Of a DNA stretch of 50,611 nucleotides, positions 48,378 through 50,611 are shown one piece after another. This DNA comes from an uncultured Pseudomonadota bacterium. Lineage in GTDB: Bacteria > Desulfobacterota > Binatia > Binatales > Binataceae. The number at the start of each line of letters is the position of its first letter. Positions within the stretch are counted from its first letter, which is position 1. The position numbers were made by a program, and so were the translations under genes. The notes beneath the pieces were generated by a model. It was not told the DNA's origin. It saw only the letters and a program-made list of their open reading frames with translations, and did no database searches. The stretch is taken from NCBI GenBank assembly GCA_937889395.1, contig CALAOW010000084.1, positions 1-50,611 on the forward strand, written 5' to 3'.

Positions 48378-49166
48378 TTGACCTTGCCTTCCAAACGAAC
48401 CCAGCCCACGGAGACACCGCCTAATCTGCCGCCCGAGAGAGCTTACGCAGTTCTGAAAGCTCAACTGGAAAAGCTGCAACTCCTGAAGGGCCGCAACTAT
48501 CAAGAGGCTAAGGCGGCGGAGGCTGAATGGTTCCAACTGACCGGGAAACTCGTACTTCGGTCTTTTGGCAGCGAGAGCACGAACTACAGCAATTTTCGGA
48601 GAGGACTCTCAGCAGGTGAGCATTTCGCGATTATGGACGGAGTTGTACCTCATGGTCGGTATCAACGGAATTTTGAAGCTCGGCAACAGGCTTACGAAGC
48701 TGCCCTGAAGAGCTGCATCGGAGAGCTTGAGCTAGACTTGCCTGATACTGGAATTAAAGGAGTGTACGAACCGGGAGAACAGTACGAATATTATCGTGAC
48801 GTGGCTACCTGCCTGAAGCTCGCACAGAAAGAGATTTTCATTATCGATCCGTATCTAAGCGCCGAAATATTTGACGTTTATGCTGGTGCCATCCCGCGTA
48901 CTGTACGCTTCCGTCTTCTGAGTGCGAGCATACCTGCAGACGTTAAGATCTTGGCCCATAAGTATGCTTCTGGTGGTAACCTCGGATTTCGCAGCAGTGC
49001 TTCGATTCATGACCGTGTTCTGTTCGCTGACGACCGCGTGTGGGTGTCGGGGCAATCTCTCAAGGACGCAGCGCGAAGCAAGCCAACATACATCGTGGAG
49101 CTCGATGAGCCTTCAATGCGCAAAATGTATGAGCCAATTTGGAACTCGGCATCGAGCGTAATCTGA
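48378..49166 (+). CDS. Helical N-terminal region plus single-HKD phospholipase D/nuclease-like domain, HxR variant (cassette gene B)
   Basis: C-terminal IHDRVLFADDRVWVSGQSL aligns position-for-position with PLD HxK(x)4D(x)6G (H0, R2 for K, D7, G14). An upstream strand KEIFIIDPYLSAEIFDVYAGAIPRTVRFRLLSA is typical of the PLDc_2 N-terminal half. TTG start at 48378 or 48384 after GGAGAG. Confidence 0.65.
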   Translation: MTLPSKRTQPTETPPNLPPERAYAVLKAQLEKLQLLKGRNYQEAKAAEAEWFQLTGKLVLRSFGSESTNYSNFRRGLSAGEHFAIMDGVVPHGRYQRNFEARQQAYEAALKSCIGELELDLPDTGIKGVYEPGEQYEYYRDVATCLKLAQKEIFIIDPYLSAEIFDVYAGAIPRTVRFRLLSASIPADVKILAHKYASGGNLGFRSSASIHDRVLFADDRVWVSGQSLKDAARSKPTYIVELDEPSMRKMYEPIWNSASSVI

Positions 49167-49216
49167 TCAAAGGAACTCCGCGCCACAACGCAGCCTATTA
49201 GGAGGTGTCTCTGAAA

Positions 49217-49573
49217 ATGAAGGCCCATATGTATAATCACCCCAAGATTAAGAATTGGCCGCCAGCTACCGGCGGTTCATACGGTCCGGGAGATGTTTTT
49301 CCTTCGCCTGGGGAAGGCAAGCTGCACAACGTCACGTTCGTTGATGCCTCCCGGCAAACCGGGTCTGAGCACCTACGAGTTGTGGTTGAATTTCGGGGGA
49401 GGCTTTCCAGCGGAGGGGTGTTTGCAGCCGACCCAGAAGACCATCGGGCGCTCCCCGTGCTATTCGATGAGTTGAAGAACCAGATCGGCAAAGAGATGGA
49501 AGACATTACCAATATGGAGTTTGATCTCTCACCCGCCACGCTGGCGCGCTCGCGCTTGTGGGCTGGTTTCTGA
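49217..49573 (+). CDS. Hypothetical small protein (cassette gene C, 118 aa)
   Basis: ATG 49217 after TAGGAGG. No recognisable motif. Confidence 0.5.
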   Translation: MKAHMYNHPKIKNWPPATGGSYGPGDVFPSPGEGKLHNVTFVDASRQTGSEHLRVVVEFRGRLSSGGVFAADPEDHRALPVLFDELKNQIGKEMEDITNMEFDLSPATLARSRLWAGF

Positions 49574-49588
49574 TGCTGCCGCCAATCA

Positions 49589-50071
49589 ATGAACGGAGGG
49601 GGGATCGTGGAAAGTGAACAGTTAATCTTGATTTGGGACAAGTACGAGCAAATCGCAATGCACTTCAACGGGCTGCTGATCCATTTGAGAACGCAAGCCT
49701 TGGGAGCGGTCGCCACGATTGTCACTGCGGCGGGTTTCTTACTTACCCGATCACCCGAGCCGCTGAAGCATCAATGGTGGGCAGTATGTGCGGTGTCCGT
49801 CTTGCTGTTTTTTGCGTGGTGTACGCTCTGGATGATCGACGTTTGCTATTACAGCAGATTGCTTCTCGGCGCAGTGAACGCCTTAGTCAAGATTGAGAAA
49901 CAGAGCGGCGGGCTGCTCGATCTAAGCACGCAAGTGCAGAAACTCTTCGGCGTCCCGAGGGAAGACGCGACGCGATTGAACTGGCAAATCTACGCGTTCT
50001 ATATGCCCGTCGGGCTCTTTCTGGTGTGTGTGATAGGGGTCTCGTTGTGCCAAGCTCTTCACTCTGGGTAG
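49589..50071 (+). CDS. Hypothetical 3-TM membrane protein (cassette gene D)
   Basis: N-terminal amphipathic helix (LILIWDKYEQIAMHFNGLLIHLRTQ). TM segments ALGAVATIVTAAGFLL, WWAVCAVSVLLFFAWCTLWMI and IYAFYMPVGLFLVCVIGVSL. The start may be GTG 49607 (GGAGGGG upstream). Confidence 0.6.
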   Translation: MNGGGIVESEQLILIWDKYEQIAMHFNGLLIHLRTQALGAVATIVTAAGFLLTRSPEPLKHQWWAVCAVSVLLFFAWCTLWMIDVCYYSRLLLGAVNALVKIEKQSGGLLDLSTQVQKLFGVPREDATRLNWQIYAFYMPVGLFLVCVIGVSLCQALHSG

Positions 50072-50276
50072 GGGTCGCCGGGCAAGAGTGACCGCGGCCG
50101 CCCTCTCGCGCGTCATCTCCACCTAATCGCGCCGCAATCGGGTAGGACAAAGGATTCTCCCTCCTATGCTCCCGGATTAGCCGCGCAAATGGACTGATCG
50201 CCACCATTCACCGCGAACTGCCCAGCGGCTTGTGCTCGACCATCCCCCTTAACCTGTTCTAACAGAGCCCGTTCGA

Positions 50277-50321
50277 CGGAGTTTACCCTGAGCCTAGTCG
50301 AAGGGCTCAGGGTAAACTCCG
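50277..50321. repeat. Perfect 18-bp palindrome (REP/MITE-like element)
   Basis: CGGAGTTTACCCTGAGCC-tagtcgaag-GGCTCAGGGTAAACTCCG. Confidence 0.8.
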
Positions 50322-50348
50322 CCCGCATCCCGCGGCGGTGCCGATTCT

Positions 50349-50370
50349 CTTTTCACTTTCCCCTTTTCAC
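50349..50370. repeat. GTGAAAA-type short tract (opposite orientation)
   Basis: cttttcactttccccttttcac is the reverse complement of gtgaaaaggggaaagtgaaaag. Same motif family as 28046-28106. Confidence 0.6.
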
Positions 50371-50437
50371 CGGGTGCAGGCGTCACCCCTGGCCGCGCGC
50401 GACAACGGAGCGCGGCCTTAACACTGCGTTGCCGTCG

Positions 50438-50477
50438 CCACGGCCAGGGGCCGCAGCCCCTGCCGCGTGGGTTTTTT
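50438..50477 (+). terminator. Intrinsic (rho-independent) terminator candidate
   Basis: Long imperfect GC hairpin ccacggccaggggc-cgca-gcccctgccgcgtgg, followed by G and TTTTTT (50472-50477). Confidence 0.55.
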
Positions 50478-50611
50478 CACTGGCCAGCCGTGCCAACGGC
50501 CGCAGGTGATTCTTCCTTCATGCCGCCGCCAACGACGCGCCCGCCGGGTCCCCCGCCGCCGCCTTAGCCGGACTCGCCGACTGTGCTAGGTTTCAAAAAT
50601 GGCACGGCGCA

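Noticed and set aside
49887-50207. Minus-strand 106-aa ORF overlapping the end of cassette gene D
   Set aside because: It is antisense to a better-supported membrane-protein ORF, has an Arg-rich composition and has no RBS.

Overview
High-GC bacterial chromosomal segment; the taxon cannot be identified from sequence alone. Spot counts on single 60-nt lines give about 70% G+C in core genes and about 53% in the accessory parts.

Most of the window is housekeeping or central metabolism:
- tetR and an LLM flavin oxidoreductase
- a sigma-54-type promoter driving an APC permease
- a PP2C phosphatase / Ser-Thr kinase / ammonium transporter operon
- a crotonase
- Lrp/AsnC-gltB-gltD
- glcDEF, divergent from a class-V aminotransferase
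- gyrB-gyrA
- a dsbD-like gene and ribBA
- NTP-transferase-galK, convergent with a GH36 alpha-galactosidase
- selA
- a Zn-ribbon/TonB_C/BON protein and an SCP2 protein
- a LolC/E-like permease and two family-III CoA-transferases

The unusual content is structural:
1. Two insertions (107-1408 and 35366-36093) are each bracketed by long direct repeats of 106 bp and 59 bp. Each repeat duplicates the 5' end and promoter region of the neighbouring gene.
2. The right end (about 44.5-50.5 kb) is mosaic and lower in GC. It holds an AbrB-like/RelE-ParE toxin-antitoxin pair, a Met-rich periplasmic protein with a tiny membrane peptide, a type II pantothenate kinase, a 3' half of tRNA-Phe (att-like remnant), three adjacent tandem duplications, and an orphan four-gene cassette.
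3. That cassette encodes a small protein, a coiled-coil plus single-HKD PLD-like protein with an HxR variant motif, a second small protein, and a 3-TM protein. It is my best candidate for an undescribed conflict/defence system.

No rRNA gene, intact tRNA gene, CRISPR array, transposase or integrase was seen. All functional calls come from motif recognition in the supplied translations; no database search was run.
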